Assembly: GCF_006345805.1 (NCBI RefSeq)
Contig: NC_042998.1
Coordinates: 40,920,001 to 40,984,000, forward strand
Direction of reading: 5' to 3'
DNA: 64,000 bases
From: Octopus sinensis
Lineage: Eukaryota
Shown: in pieces, positions 63,089 through 64,000 of the stretch
Position numbering within the stretch: the stretch's first letter is position 1
Layout: every line of letters begins with the position of its first letter
The notes under the pieces: generated by a model
What the model was told of the DNA's origin: nothing
Databases searched by the model: none
What the model saw: the letters and a program-made list of their open reading frames with translations, nothing else
Made by a program: the position numbers and the translations under genes

Positions 63089-63169
63089 CTATGATAAAGT
63101 TGAATTAAAAAACTTTACAACAAGCTGGAAGGATGGTTTAGCATTTAATGCATTAATACATAAACACCG
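63089..63169 (+). CDS. DMD: Dystrophin exon (second part of human exon 6), CH2: (D)[26 protein letters not shown](R)
   Basis: tttttcag acceptor and gtaagt donor; 81 nt, phase 2-2; matches NFTTSWSDGLALNALIHSHR. The gene continues beyond the window. Confidence 0.93.
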
Positions 63170-63342
63170 GTAAGTCAAACTTCTTTCAGTTTAGTTAATG
63201 ACTAAATGTCTGTTACAAGGTTCCACTCCAGCAATTATCTACAGCAATTAGAATAAAATCAATATTGATTAGGTTTCATATTTCTAGCTTTTTGCTTCAA
63301 ATTGAAATGCAGACCAAAATGACTGAAATCATTTAAAGAAAA

Positions 63343-63372
63343 ACACACGTGCACACACACACACGTGCACGT

Positions 63373-63412
<40 letters not shown>

Positions 63413-63421
63413 ACACACACA
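63343..63421. repeat. (CA)n tract interrupted by CACGTG
   Basis: CACGTG at 63346, 63362, 63368 and 63402; purine-pyrimidine alternation is preserved. Confidence 0.9.
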
Positions 63422-64000
63422 CTTTACAGTTATCTACATTATCTAACCTTCTTATTCCTCAAATTTTATTTTTATGTAAAATATACCATGGCAATAAATG
63501 AGCTGTTCAGGAAGTGAATCTTTGAGAACATTCAAAACTAGCTGACTGTTTAACCAACAGGAAAGAATGCATCAGTGGGATGAAACACAATACAAGATCA
63601 TGTTGAGCTGTGGAAAACCCGAGTGCAGATTTAATGGAAATATATTTATTTTTAAAATAGAGATTAGAGGTTTTCTTTTTTTCTCAGAAGTATTCCTTTC
63701 CAGTGGTTAGTTGAGAGAATCTAAAATGTGCAGGATGTTTAATCTTTTGTATTTGTTCTGTTGTTTATTTCTCACCTCAGTGTGCAAATCTTGAGGCTCC
63801 TGCTCATTGCTTGGTTGCCTCTGTGAGCCTATAAGGAATGTGTATCTAGTTGCAAAGGTATGCTTAGTATCATCAGAGCTTTAACAGTATGAACAAAGTC
63901 ACCAGTATGTGGTTGAGTTCATGAGATGTAGGTATCAATGGATGAAAGAGATTTATTGGTTCTGTGAGTAGTCTAGTGTGGGTTGAGTATAACTAGGCTT

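Overview
AT-rich animal genomic DNA. The repeat families resemble those I recall from coleoid cephalopods (Octopus-like); this is an inference, not a database result. The only host gene I can support is a + strand dystrophin (DMD/utrophin-type) gene: five exons at 45403-63169 encode the N-terminal CH1-CH2 actin-binding domain. The preceding 45 kb has no recognisable exon 2 and is probably one very long intron. The rest is layered transposon sequence: a young 5'-truncated RTE LINE with an intact 656-aa RT ORF, a PHD-type finger inside the RT and a hierarchically duplicated 3' UTR; about 12 elements sharing its 3' tail; three Helitron pieces; five Tc1/mariner relics; two Gypsy relics; CR1 and other LINE relics; a probable AcademX relic; tRNA-derived SINEs; and MITEs. 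The strongest lead is a perfect 230-bp inverted repeat at 54364-54838, fused to the 5' side of a decayed Helitron inside a dystrophin intron. Its loop matches, in inverted orientation, 15 nt of the Helitron pseudo-ORF about 1.07 kb away. It is a candidate templated fold-back and hairpin-RNA (transposon-silencing or ADAR substrate) locus. There is no CRISPR array, rRNA or true tRNA gene. Boundaries of degenerate elements are approximate, and all alignments were done by eye.
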